Of a stretch of 32,000 bases of DNA, positions 1 through 9,045 are shown piece by piece; position 1 is the first letter of the stretch; the number at the start of each line of letters is the position of its first letter. Position numbers and translations under genes: made by a program. A model generated the notes under the pieces. That model saw nothing but the letters and a program-made list of their open reading frames with translations, did not search any database and had not been told where the DNA came from. Source of the stretch: Anaerolineae bacterium (GTDB lineage: Bacteria > Chloroflexota > Anaerolineae > Anaerolineales > Anaerolineaceae); the NCBI GenBank assembly GCA_013178295.1, contig JABLWW010000006.1:58141-90140 (forward strand). The letters are read 5' to 3'.

Positions 1-105
1 CCCACTTTGGGCAACGCACTGTATTACACCCTGCTCAAAAGCTGGGAGTTTCCGCCGTTGCACGAAACGTACTATTTGTATCAAGTCATCAGCGATGCAA
101 CTTAA
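1..105 (+). CDS. C-terminal fragment of an unidentified protein immediately upstream of the MBOAT gene (possibly an AlgJ/SGNH-like partner)
   Basis: Open frame from base 1 (PTLGNALYYTLLKSWEFPPLHETYYLYQVISDAT) ending with TAA at 103-105; it directly abuts the MBOAT ORF. Family assignment is only by context. Confidence 0.45.
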   Translation, partial: PTLGNALYYTLLKSWEFPPLHETYYLYQVISDAT

Positions 106-108
106 GCC

Positions 109-1554
109 ATGAGCATCATCTCCGTCGGCTTTGCGCTCTTCACCTGTGTTGTGCTGCTGCTATATTACATATTGCCGCATCGCCAGCAAAATTATCTGCT
201 GCTGGCAGCCTCATTGCTGTTTCTCTCTTTCTGGTCATATCAGGTTGTGATGATATTTGTTTTCTTGACGCTGGCGAATTATCTGGTGGCGCGCCGTGTG
301 CGCCAGGAAGACAACAAACATGCGCGTGTGTTTCTGTGGATTGGGATAGCGCTTAACCTTTTTTCGCTGGCGTATCTCAAATATAACGACTTTTTCTTCC
401 CGTATGTTGCCTACTACCTGAGAAAAACCGGCGTTGCGTTTAGTCTGGAAGGTTTAAAGCTCCTTCTGCCGGTTGGTTTGTCGTTTTATGTGGTGCAGGC
501 AGTTGCATATTTGCTGGATATCTTCAAAGGGGTTGCCCGTCCGGTTGCCAGCCTGGCGGATTTTGCCCTCTTCATGTTGTACTTCCCTAAGCTGATTTCT
601 GGTCCAATTGAGCGCAGCAGAGACCTGATGCCGAAGCTTGAATCGCCGCGCGTTGTAAACTGGGGCTGTTTAGAACGCAGCTTTAGTTTGATAGTTGTAG
701 GTTTGGTGCGCAAACTGGTGATTGCAGATGGGTTGTTTTTATTATTTCCCGAAAGGACATTTATTGAACCGCAGCGTTTTAGCGCACCCCATTTGATGTC
801 TTCCGTCCTGTTTTATGCGTTTATGATCTACAACGATTTTGCTGGTTATACCAGCATTGTGCGCGGTATCAGCGGTTTGTTGGGCATCGAACTTTCTCAT
901 AATTTTAACACCCCGTATTTTTCTCGAAACTTCACCGAATTCTGGCAGCGCTGGCATATCACACTTTCAAATTGGCTGCGCGATTATATATTTATGCCGT
1001 TGACCCGCGGCTTACTGCGTCGAGGTTTTGACAGCCGCCATCCGCTTACCCTGATCCTGCCTCCGTTTGTAACCATGTTTGTCAGCGCGCTGTGGCACAA
1101 TGCAAGCGGGGGAATGTTACTGTGGGGTGGTTTGCATGCGCTCTGTCAGGTAATTGAACGCCTGTTTGCCTTATGGAGGAAGAAAGGGATGCAGCATTTT
1201 CCCGCTCGTTGGCAGCAAAGCCTGGCGATACTGCTGGTGTTTGCTTTAACCGTGCTGGCATGGGTGCCGTTCCGTATGGAAATTCCCATAGCGCTGCAAT
1301 TCTACAAGGAGGTGTTTCGCTTTTCCCTCTCTGGCGAAATGTCCATACCTGCTTTGGTCATGTGGATCAGCCTGTTTTTGGTAGCTCTCTCACTGATGAT
1401 CGATTTGCCGCAGTATCGTCGCGGCGAATCGGTGTTTGTTCAACAGCCGCCCCTGGTCAAAGCGGCGTTGATCAACATCGCCATTGTCCTTCTGACAATT
1501 GGAATCGCAGCCCATCTTAAGGCGCCGCCTCCTTTTATTTATCAGGCGTTCTAG
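109..1554 (+). CDS. MBOAT family O-acyltransferase (AlgI/DltB-like)
   Basis: 481 aa multi-TM protein with LPVGLSFYVVQAVAYLLDI, FPKLISGPIER, FNTPYFSRNFTEFWQRWHITLSNWLRDYIFMPL and the conserved SALWHNASGGMLLWGGLHAL histidine region typical of AlgI. Confidence 0.93.
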   Translation: MSIISVGFALFTCVVLLLYYILPHRQQNYLLLAASLLFLSFWSYQVVMIFVFLTLANYLVARRVRQEDNKHARVFLWIGIALNLFSLAYLKYNDFFFPYVAYYLRKTGVAFSLEGLKLLLPVGLSFYVVQAVAYLLDIFKGVARPVASLADFALFMLYFPKLISGPIERSRDLMPKLESPRVVNWGCLERSFSLIVVGLVRKLVIADGLFLLFPERTFIEPQRFSAPHLMSSVLFYAFMIYNDFAGYTSIVRGISGLLGIELSHNFNTPYFSRNFTEFWQRWHITLSNWLRDYIFMPLTRGLLRRGFDSRHPLTLILPPFVTMFVSALWHNASGGMLLWGGLHALCQVIERLFALWRKKGMQHFPARWQQSLAILLVFALTVLAWVPFRMEIPIALQFYKEVFRFSLSGEMSIPALVMWISLFLVALSLMIDLPQYRRGESVFVQQPPLVKAALINIAIVLLTIGIAAHLKAPPPFIYQAF

Positions 1555-1582
1555 TCAAAACGCGGTACAATAAGCCGTCATC

Positions 1583-2767
1583 ATGCCGCGTTCAACTTTT
1601 ATTCGTCAGGTGTTGCTGTTTGCGCTGATACGGGTGGTGGTTCACACCGGTCTGCGCATGGTGCATCCCTTTCTTCCGGCAATTGGGCGGGGGTTAGGGG
1701 TAAATCTGGCTTCTATGGCGCTGGTGGTATCCATTTCTATGCTGGCGGGCATGATAGGCCCATTCTTTGCGCCGCTGGCGGATCGCTTGGGGCGCCGCGT
1801 GGGCATGATACTTGGCTTGATCGCTTATATTGCCGGTATGCTGCTGGTGGTGGTCATCCCCACCTATTCTGGTTTTTTGGTTGCATTGCTGCTGGCAGGG
1901 GCAGGCAGCGCGGTTTTTGTCACGGCGACTCAGGCTTACACGGGTGATGTTGTCCCCTATGAAACGCGCGGCAGGGTGATGTCGCTCATTGAGTATAGCT
2001 GGGGGTTAAGTTTTATCATCGGGATGCCAATCGTCGGGTTGATTATTGACCGGTTGGGGTGGCGGGCGCCTTTTCCGCTTTTTGCCGCTTTGACTTTGTT
2101 GGGTCTGTTGTTCATTTACTTCCGCGTTCCTGATACCCGTCTAACCGTATCACAAACGGAAAAAGGCAGCTTGTGGAATGGGTTGCGCACGGTGCTTGTA
2201 TTTCCCCCTGCCTTGTTTGCGGTGCTGATGGGCTTGACCTCTGGGGCTGGCAATGAGATCGTGGTTGTGGTGTTTGGCGCATGGCTTGAAGACGTCTTTG
2301 CGCTTGAGGTGGTGGTGCTTGGGGCGGTTTCCATTGTTATTGGTCTGTCTGAAATTGGCGGCGAAACTCTGGCAGCCTGGCTTGTTGATCGTTTGGGAAA
2401 AGAGAAGTCCATCGCGCTGGGGTTGTTGGTCAACAGCATGACGGTGGTTCTTTTGCCCGTGATGAGCAAAACGCTGCTGGGCGGTCTGGTATGGTTGTTT
2501 ATCTTCTTCATTTCATTTGAGTTCTCGATGGTCAGTTCACTGCCGCTGATGAGCGAGTTGTACCCCCACGGGCGTGCTACTTTGATAGGCGTGTATATTG
2601 CTTCGTGGACTTTTGGACGGGCTTTGGGTGCTCTTGCCGGCCCACTGTTGTATGCGTATGGTTTCTGGCTTAATGTCTTGATTTGTTCAGTTCTGGATTT
2701 GCTGGCTGTGCTGGCACTGAGCCGGATTCGTCTTCAACCGGTTTTGCGCCAGAGCAATGTGGAATAA
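1583..2767 (+). CDS. MFS transporter
   Basis: 394 aa, 12-TM-like hydrophobicity, MFS loop motif FAPLADRLGRRVGMI and an R-rich A-like motif in the second half (VDRLGKEKSI). Confidence 0.88.
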   Translation: MPRSTFIRQVLLFALIRVVVHTGLRMVHPFLPAIGRGLGVNLASMALVVSISMLAGMIGPFFAPLADRLGRRVGMILGLIAYIAGMLLVVVIPTYSGFLVALLLAGAGSAVFVTATQAYTGDVVPYETRGRVMSLIEYSWGLSFIIGMPIVGLIIDRLGWRAPFPLFAALTLLGLLFIYFRVPDTRLTVSQTEKGSLWNGLRTVLVFPPALFAVLMGLTSGAGNEIVVVVFGAWLEDVFALEVVVLGAVSIVIGLSEIGGETLAAWLVDRLGKEKSIALGLLVNSMTVVLLPVMSKTLLGGLVWLFIFFISFEFSMVSSLPLMSELYPHGRATLIGVYIASWTFGRALGALAGPLLYAYGFWLNVLICSVLDLLAVLALSRIRLQPVLRQSNVE

Positions 2768-3950
2768 ATTACTATTTGCTATGAGAAAAGACGCACGCAA
2801 TCCCCAGACGGTCGTCTTTATGTACGGACGTATGGTGGTTAACATCAACACACGCATGGTGTATCCCTTTCTCTCGACCTTTGCACGCGGGTTGGGGGTG
2901 GATATGACTGCTATCTCTCATGTTGTAACCGTAAGGGCGTTGCTGGGTGCTGTCAGTCCGTTCCTGGCGCAGATTGCCGAGCAGCGCGGTCGAAAGACAG
3001 GCATTTTGCTGGGGATGGGGTTGTACCTAATCAGTGTCAGCATGGTTTTTGCTGTTCCACTGTACACGGTTTTTTTCCTCTCACAAATCGTGGGGACGCT
3101 TGGTTTTTATTTATACATGAGTTCGACACAGGCTTATCTTGGCGACCAGGTGCCCTATCAGAAACGCGGTACAGCAATGGCGATGTTTGAATTGGGCTGG
3201 CCGCTGGCTTTTATCTTTGGCATGCCGATGGTCAGCTTCTGGATGGGGCGGTATGGCTGGCTTGGCCCATATCCGGCTTTGATTCTTCTAGGCGTGATAG
3301 CGCTGGCCTTGTTGCTGCGTTTTATCCCGCGCGATCCACACGAGGGGCGATCAGCTATCTCTGTCTGGAAAAATTTTGGTCAGGTTGTATCTTCCCCGAT
3401 GGCGCTGACGGCCTTGCTGCTCAGCTTCTCTTTTTCTGTTGCCAACGAGGTGGTTAATCTGGTATTTGGTGTATGGCTTGAATCATCCTTTGGCATTAAG
3501 TTGATAGCGCTGGGGGCTGCTTCTGCAGTGATTGGTTTGGCGGAGTTCGGTGGCGATTCGCTCAGCGCTACTGTCGCAGACCGGCTTGGCAAGCGACGTG
3601 TGGTACGCTTTGGCATGATCCTGAATGGGTTGGTCGCTCTGTCGTTACCATGGATGGGGCAGAAGCTTTGGGGCGCCATCATTGGGTTGTTCTTGTTCTA
3701 TATCACTTTTGAGTTTTCTGTCACCAGCAGTATGCCCATGATCAGTGAGCTGCTGCCAAGTGCCCGGGCGACTTTGCTGGGCGCAAACACTGCCGCCTAT
3801 TCGTTGGGCAGGGCTTGCGGTGCACTGCTGGCGCCGTGGTTGTATGCGCTGGGTTTTCATGCCAATGTGGTTGTCGCCGCTTTCATGGTGATGGTCTCTC
3901 TTTTGGCGCTGAGCAGAATCAGAATAAAAATTCCTGAACCTGTGATGTGA
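2757..3950 (+). CDS. MFS transporter, paralogue of the upstream gene
   Basis: 397 aa, overlaps the upstream gene by 11 bp; shares QAYLGDQVPYxxRG, FGMPxV and ALSRIRIK C-terminus with the 1583-2767 product. Confidence 0.88.
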   Translation: MWNKLLFAMRKDARNPQTVVFMYGRMVVNINTRMVYPFLSTFARGLGVDMTAISHVVTVRALLGAVSPFLAQIAEQRGRKTGILLGMGLYLISVSMVFAVPLYTVFFLSQIVGTLGFYLYMSSTQAYLGDQVPYQKRGTAMAMFELGWPLAFIFGMPMVSFWMGRYGWLGPYPALILLGVIALALLLRFIPRDPHEGRSAISVWKNFGQVVSSPMALTALLLSFSFSVANEVVNLVFGVWLESSFGIKLIALGAASAVIGLAEFGGDSLSATVADRLGKRRVVRFGMILNGLVALSLPWMGQKLWGAIIGLFLFYITFEFSVTSSMPMISELLPSARATLLGANTAAYSLGRACGALLAPWLYALGFHANVVVAAFMVMVSLLALSRIRIKIPEPVM

Positions 3951-3960
3951 AGGTTGAAAA

Positions 3961-4767
3961 ATGAGCACATATCCGCAGTTGAACGAGTTGATCGAACTTG
4001 CCCGGCGCGCAGGCGAAATTTTACGCGCGCACTTTGGGAAGGAGATTGAAATTCGGCACAAGGGGCCCGTTGATCTGGTTACCGAAGCAGACCATCGTTC
4101 TGAGGAGTTTCTGATAGCTGCCATTCAGGAGCGTTATCCGCAGCATAAAATCATTACAGAAGAGTCAGGTCTGCTAGAAGGCAATCCACAGCATTGCTGG
4201 TATATTGACCCGCTGGACGGGACGATGAATTATGCGCATGGTGTGCCCCTCTTTGCCGTTTCGCTGGCGTATGTGGAGCAAGACTGCCCAAAGCTGGGAG
4301 TTGTGTATGATCCTATTCACAATGAATGTTTCAGCGCTGAACGGGGGAAGGGGGCTTACCTTAACCAGCAACGTATCCACGTTTCGACAGTGTCAAAACT
4401 GGAAAGCAGCCTTCTGGTAACCGGGTTTTTGCACAGCTATCGCGCAAAGCAGATTGCCAATCTCGAATATTTCAGGCGCTTTCTTCTGGTTGCTCAGGGG
4501 ATTCGGCGCTTTGGGTCTGCGGCGTTGGATTTGTGTTATGTTGCCGCCGGGCGGTTGGATGGATATTGGGAGATTGGCATTGCGCCATGGGATATCGCGG
4601 CTGGTGCGTTGATTGTGGAGGAGGCAGGGGGCAGGGTAACAAATATCAATGGGGATACAAACTACTTTCGACCGCCTTTTGATCTCCTTGCGGCAAATCC
4701 AAACCTGCATTTTGAAATGCGCGCTGTGCTGACGGGCGAGGCAGGCGCCACTCTTGTTGCACTTTGA
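3961..4767 (+). CDS. Inositol monophosphatase family protein
   Basis: EADHRSEE, EESG, WYIDPLDGTMNYAHGVPLFAVSLAY and APWDIAAGALIVEEAGG motifs. Confidence 0.93.
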   Translation: MSTYPQLNELIELARRAGEILRAHFGKEIEIRHKGPVDLVTEADHRSEEFLIAAIQERYPQHKIITEESGLLEGNPQHCWYIDPLDGTMNYAHGVPLFAVSLAYVEQDCPKLGVVYDPIHNECFSAERGKGAYLNQQRIHVSTVSKLESSLLVTGFLHSYRAKQIANLEYFRRFLLVAQGIRRFGSAALDLCYVAAGRLDGYWEIGIAPWDIAAGALIVEEAGGRVTNINGDTNYFRPPFDLLAANPNLHFEMRAVLTGEAGATLVAL

Positions 4768-4960
4768 TGAAGCATATTGACGGGCCAGCGAAATTGCTTG
4801 ATGGTTATGTGTCTTCGCTGACGTAACTGTCGCAAAGCTGGTGGGTTTTGCCTTAAGTATAAAAAGCCAGCATATCTGGCGATCTTAATCGTTCAATTGC
4901 CCTGGCAGTGGCGGTTGAAAAGTCGCCGACCATTTTTGGGACAAAGACTAAAACTGCCTA

Positions 4961-4988
4961 TTGCATTTTGCCAAAAATATGCTACAAT
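4961..4988 (+). promoter_or_regulatory. Candidate sigma70-type promoter for operon A
   Basis: TTGCAT (4961-4966), 16 bp spacer, TACAAT (4983-4988), with an operator-like dyad immediately downstream. Confidence 0.5.
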
Positions 4989-5040
4989 GTTCACAAGTAA
5001 TGAACGTTCTTTTTTTATGAACGTTCTAATTTCGTGAACA
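4988..5040. promoter_or_regulatory. Composite operator-like dyad: TGTTCAC...GAACGTTC...GAACGTTC...GTGAACA
   Basis: TGTTCAC at 4988-4994 is the exact reverse complement of GTGAACA at 5034-5040; two 8-bp palindromes GAACGTTC at 5002-5009 and 5019-5026; all four elements are symmetric about position 5014. Confidence 0.7.
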
Positions 5041-5118
5041 ATCTAAATATCCCAATAGTAAGGTAACAACTTATCGTCAATCCCGTTCGATACAAAACGC
5101 ATTGGAGGAAAAAATCCA

Positions 5119-6690
5119 TTGTCCGAGCGAATAGAACAAATTCGACATGTACCCCAACCACTGGGGGCGGTTATGCCTCGTCTTTCTGTCCAACATGTAA
5201 CCAAAATCTTCCCCGGTGTCGTTGCCCTGGATGATGTCTCATTTGAGGTGCTGCCAGGTGAAATCCACGCCATGGTAGGGGAGAATGGCGCCGGAAAATC
5301 AACTTTGATGCACATCATTGCCGGAGTGCACTCCCCTGATAGGGGAGAAATGACCCTGGACGGGCTACCATATTTGCCTGAAGATGAGAAAGCCGCCCAA
5401 AAAGCCGGGATTGCCATGGTCTTTCAGGAGGGCAGTTTGTTTCCCCCATTGAGCATCGCCGAGAATATCTTTGCCGGGCGTCAGCCGGTAAAACCCGGCG
5501 GCAGGATTGATTTTTCTACCATGCGCACCCAATCCAGAGAATTGCTACGCGATCTAGGGGTAGATTTGAACCCTTCGACCCCTGTGGCTGACCTTTCTCC
5601 CAGCCAGCGCCAGCTTGTGGAAATTGCCAAGGCACTATCACAAAAAGTGCGTTTGCTGATCCTTGACGAGCCGACATCTTCGCTGACCATCAGTGAAGCG
5701 CGGCATCTTTTCGATGTGCTCCGTCATCTGGCAGAGCGCGGGGTGGCAATCATCTATGTCAGCCATCGTCTCGCTGAGGTTTTTGAAATTGCCCATAGGG
5801 TAACCGTGCTCAAGGATGGCAAGGTTACTGGGGTACGTCAGATTGGAATGACCACGCCAGATGAGTTGATTAGCTTGGAGGTGGGTCGCGAGCTTTCGTT
5901 TGATCCGGATACAGCCCGCGCTCCTGCCAATGCGCCGTTAATCCTGGAAGTTGAAAATCTGGTAGCCCCACCGGTAAAGCATGCTTCGCTCAAAGTGCGC
6001 GCCGGGGAAATCGTTTGTCTGGCAGGGTTAGTCGGCGCCGGGCGCACCGAACTATGCGAGGCTATTTTTGGCGTTCGCCAGCGGACTACCGGGAAGGTGT
6101 GCATCGAGGGTGTAGAAATTTTTCCCAAACATGCTATGGAAGCCATGCAGGCAGGTATTGGCATGGTACCCGAAGACCGTCGTGAAGCCGGTCTGTTTCT
6201 GGCAATGAGCATTGCCGCCAATGTTACTGTTGGCAATCTGGAAAAGGTCAGCAAAGGTGCCGTCATTATCAACAAAGAGGTTGAACGTCTGGCAAAGGAC
6301 TCAGTGGAAAGGCTCAAAATTGTCACACCTGGGATCGATCGCGAGGTGATGTTCCTCAGCGGTGGCAATCAGCAAAAAGTGCTTTTGGCGCGCTGGCTGG
6401 CGCGCAAACCCAAATTGCTCATTGTGGATGAACCCACACGCGGTGTGGACGTGGGCGCCAAAGCGGACCTTTACGCCATTTTGCGCAATCTGGCAAAAGA
6501 GGGGGTTGCCCTGCTAGTAGTCTCATCAGACTTACCCGAAGTGCTCGCTCTGGCGCACCGCATTGTAGTGATGTCCGAAGGTGTTACCGTGGGCGAGCTG
6601 GATGCCAGACAGGCAGACGAGATTACCATCCTTCAGATGGCAACGCCAAAGAGCAACTCTTTTGAGCAAAATCAGGCGGCGAGAGCATGA
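5119..6690 (+). CDS. CUT2-family sugar ABC transporter, duplicated ATP-binding subunit (RbsA/MglA-like)
   Basis: TTG start with GGAGG upstream; Walker A GENGAGKST, Walker B LLILDEPTSSLT, second domain with GLVGAGRTELCEAIFG, LSGGNQQKVLLARWL and LLIVDEPTRGVDVGAK. Confidence 0.95.
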   Translation: MSERIEQIRHVPQPLGAVMPRLSVQHVTKIFPGVVALDDVSFEVLPGEIHAMVGENGAGKSTLMHIIAGVHSPDRGEMTLDGLPYLPEDEKAAQKAGIAMVFQEGSLFPPLSIAENIFAGRQPVKPGGRIDFSTMRTQSRELLRDLGVDLNPSTPVADLSPSQRQLVEIAKALSQKVRLLILDEPTSSLTISEARHLFDVLRHLAERGVAIIYVSHRLAEVFEIAHRVTVLKDGKVTGVRQIGMTTPDELISLEVGRELSFDPDTARAPANAPLILEVENLVAPPVKHASLKVRAGEIVCLAGLVGAGRTELCEAIFGVRQRTTGKVCIEGVEIFPKHAMEAMQAGIGMVPEDRREAGLFLAMSIAANVTVGNLEKVSKGAVIINKEVERLAKDSVERLKIVTPGIDREVMFLSGGNQQKVLLARWLARKPKLLIVDEPTRGVDVGAKADLYAILRNLAKEGVALLVVSSDLPEVLALAHRIVVMSEGVTVGELDARQADEITILQMATPKSNSFEQNQAARA

Positions 6691-7706
6691 CAGACAAAAA
6701 ATCAGGTACAGGAGAGACGGAGACGCAGAAGATGAAAAAACAAACCGAAAAATGGAGCATCAACTATTTGGCAAAACGCATTGCATACGACCGACCATTA
6801 CTGCTGGTTACACTGATCCTGATCATCTCAATTTTCATGACAATTAAACACCCAGAGGCTTTTCCGCACTGGGATAATTTTGCTGCGGTTCTTCTGGACA
6901 CAGCACAGGCGGGTATCCTCACTGTGGGGATGATGATTCTGCTGGTAGGGGGTGTGTTTGACCTTTCCATCGGTTCCACGCTGGCATTTGCCGGGATTGT
7001 AGCAGGCGTTGTTGTCAAAGATGCCGGGGCGCCGCCGTTAATCGCTTTTTTGGCAGGAATGCTCACTGGGCTGATCGTGGGTGTGATCAACGGGCTAATC
7101 ATTACCCGTTTTCGTATCAATGCCCTGATCACCACACTGGCGATGCAAGGCATTTTGCGCGGTGTGACGCAGATAGTTTCTCCGGCCGGGGTTGCCAACC
7201 TGCCGCATGGGTTCAAACCCTTCGGGCAAACCATGTTTCTTGGGTTACAGTCACCATTTTGGATCATGATCATCATTGCTTTAGCTGGCTGGTTTGCCAT
7301 GAGCCGCATGCGCTTTTTCCGTCAGTTTTACTACATCGGCAGCAACTCCAAGGCTGCTGCGCTTTCCGGAATTAAGGTTGAACGTCTGACCTTGGTGGGG
7401 TTTGCCTTGATGGGGTTGCTCGCTGGTCTGGCTGGGACGTTGTTAGCTTCACGTCTGAGCAATGCTGTTGTCCTCGCCGGGAGCGGTGTTGAGCTACGCA
7501 CGATCACCGCTGCTATCTTGGGCGGTGCCAGCCTTTCTGGCGGCGTTGGCACTATCCCCGGCGCGTTCCTCGGCGTGCTGTTTATGTCATTGATTCAGAA
7601 CATGTTGATCATCACCCGGGTACCGGTATTCTGGCAGAGCATCGTGGTAGGCATCATTCTTCTGGTTGCTATTGGTATTGATCAACTCGGTCGTAGCCGA
7701 CGGTGA
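6687..7706 (+). CDS. CUT2-family sugar ABC transporter permease (RbsC-like)
   Basis: 339 aa; FDLSIGSTLAFAG, ITTLAMQGILRG, SNAVVLAGSGVELRTITAAILGGASLSGGVGTIPGAFLG; ATGA overlap with ATPase gene. Confidence 0.94.
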   Translation: MTDKKSGTGETETQKMKKQTEKWSINYLAKRIAYDRPLLLVTLILIISIFMTIKHPEAFPHWDNFAAVLLDTAQAGILTVGMMILLVGGVFDLSIGSTLAFAGIVAGVVVKDAGAPPLIAFLAGMLTGLIVGVINGLIITRFRINALITTLAMQGILRGVTQIVSPAGVANLPHGFKPFGQTMFLGLQSPFWIMIIIALAGWFAMSRMRFFRQFYYIGSNSKAAALSGIKVERLTLVGFALMGLLAGLAGTLLASRLSNAVVLAGSGVELRTITAAILGGASLSGGVGTIPGAFLGVLFMSLIQNMLIITRVPVFWQSIVVGIILLVAIGIDQLGRSRR

Positions 7707-7844
7707 TCTTCAGAAAGGAGGGAAAAATTTAGATAGAGACGGTGATTCATCAAAACAGAAAGCGTAGACGACACAGCTCACATGTCACAGAAACCCTGCT
7801 GAAAGAGTTCTGAAAAGAAAAAGTACTTAGTTACGACGAAAGGA

Positions 7845-8921
7845 ATGGATCAAGAGATGAAAAGCAAACGTGTATGGCAAATAGTTTCGTTGCTTATAGT
7901 GGTTCTGTTTTCGTTTGGTGCCTGTGCTCCCAAGCCAGCCGAGCCCGCCGCCCCAGCTGGCGGCGCATCGGTGGGAAAAATAGGCAGCCCCGAACGCGCC
8001 ACACAGGAGTATGTATGGATTTCTAACTATTCCAACCTACCACTGTTTGTAGAGCGCGTCTATCCAGCGCTGGATGCTTTTGCCCGTGATTTTGGTGTGG
8101 TGGTGCGCAAGGCTGGTCCAACCACTGATGATCTGGCGGCTTACATCGCCACAGTTGAGACCGAATGTGCCCGCAAGCCAGCTGGTATCATTGTTGTCGG
8201 TGGGTGGGATCAATCGTTACAGGAACCGGTCAACAAGTGTATTGACATGAAAGTTCCAACGGTGGTTACTGATGGTGATTTGCCCAATTCGCGCCGCCTG
8301 AGCTATGTAGGCACCAACTGGTACAATCTGGGCGTTACGATGGCAAAATTCCAGATTGATGCCCACAAAGAAAAAGGGCTGGCTACCGGCAAGGTAGCTG
8401 TCCTTTCTCCCATCCAGATGCAGAACATGCAGGAAGCCCGTCAGGGAATCAAGGACACATTAGCTGGCACTGGCATCGAAGTGGTGGCAGAAGAAGATAA
8501 CGAGTCGAATGCCTCCATTGCCGCGCAGAAAATGGCGGCCATTCTTGCCGCCAATAAGGACCTGACTGGCGTCTTTGGTCTGGATTCAGAATCTCCTCCA
8601 GGCATTGTCGCTGCGCTGGATGAAGCTGGCAAAACCGGTCAACTGATCGTTACCGTCAACGAAGCCGGGCTGGATTTCTTCAACAACATCAAAGAGGGCA
8701 AGGTGAACCTGATCACCATCGAGAAATACGATGTGATGGAATACATGGCGCTCACCATGCTCTACATGTGGCACAATGACGCTATCCGACCCGCCGGTTT
8801 GGACCCGTGGACCAGCAACTGGATGCCCAACAAAATCGACTCAGGCTTGCTACTGGTGAACAAGGATAATGTGGATGAGGTGATCAAGTACTACACCGAA
8901 GCGGCAAAGAAATCTCAGTAA
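7845..8921 (+). CDS. Sugar ABC transporter substrate-binding lipoprotein (periplasmic-binding protein type 1, RbsB-like)
   Basis: Signal peptide with lipobox-like FGAC; GIIVVGGW, VPTVVTDGDLPNS, YVGTNWYNLG motifs. Start could also be ATG at 7857. Confidence 0.92.
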   Translation: MDQEMKSKRVWQIVSLLIVVLFSFGACAPKPAEPAAPAGGASVGKIGSPERATQEYVWISNYSNLPLFVERVYPALDAFARDFGVVVRKAGPTTDDLAAYIATVETECARKPAGIIVVGGWDQSLQEPVNKCIDMKVPTVVTDGDLPNSRRLSYVGTNWYNLGVTMAKFQIDAHKEKGLATGKVAVLSPIQMQNMQEARQGIKDTLAGTGIEVVAEEDNESNASIAAQKMAAILAANKDLTGVFGLDSESPPGIVAALDEAGKTGQLIVTVNEAGLDFFNNIKEGKVNLITIEKYDVMEYMALTMLYMWHNDAIRPAGLDPWTSNWMPNKIDSGLLLVNKDNVDEVIKYYTEAAKKSQ

Positions 8922-8933
8922 AAATAAGCCAAA

Positions 8934-8967
8934 AGACCTGACAGGCTGTATAAAACCTGTCAGGTCT
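8934..8967 (+). other. 12-bp perfect inverted repeat after the binding-protein gene (attenuator/mRNA-stabilising stem)
   Basis: AGACCTGACAGG (8934-8945), 10-nt loop ctgtataaaa, CCTGTCAGGTCT (8956-8967). Confidence 0.75.
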
Positions 8968-9045
8968 AAACATAGGGAGTAGGTTTTCAGCCTATCAGCC
9001 ATTGGACAGGTTTCTCGTCTGCCAAAACGAAAGGAAGTTGCTGTT

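Noticed and set aside
4866-4880. GCCAG-catat-CTGGC stem after the IMPase-family gene
   Set aside because: Only 5-bp arms and no T-tract, so too weak to call a terminator.
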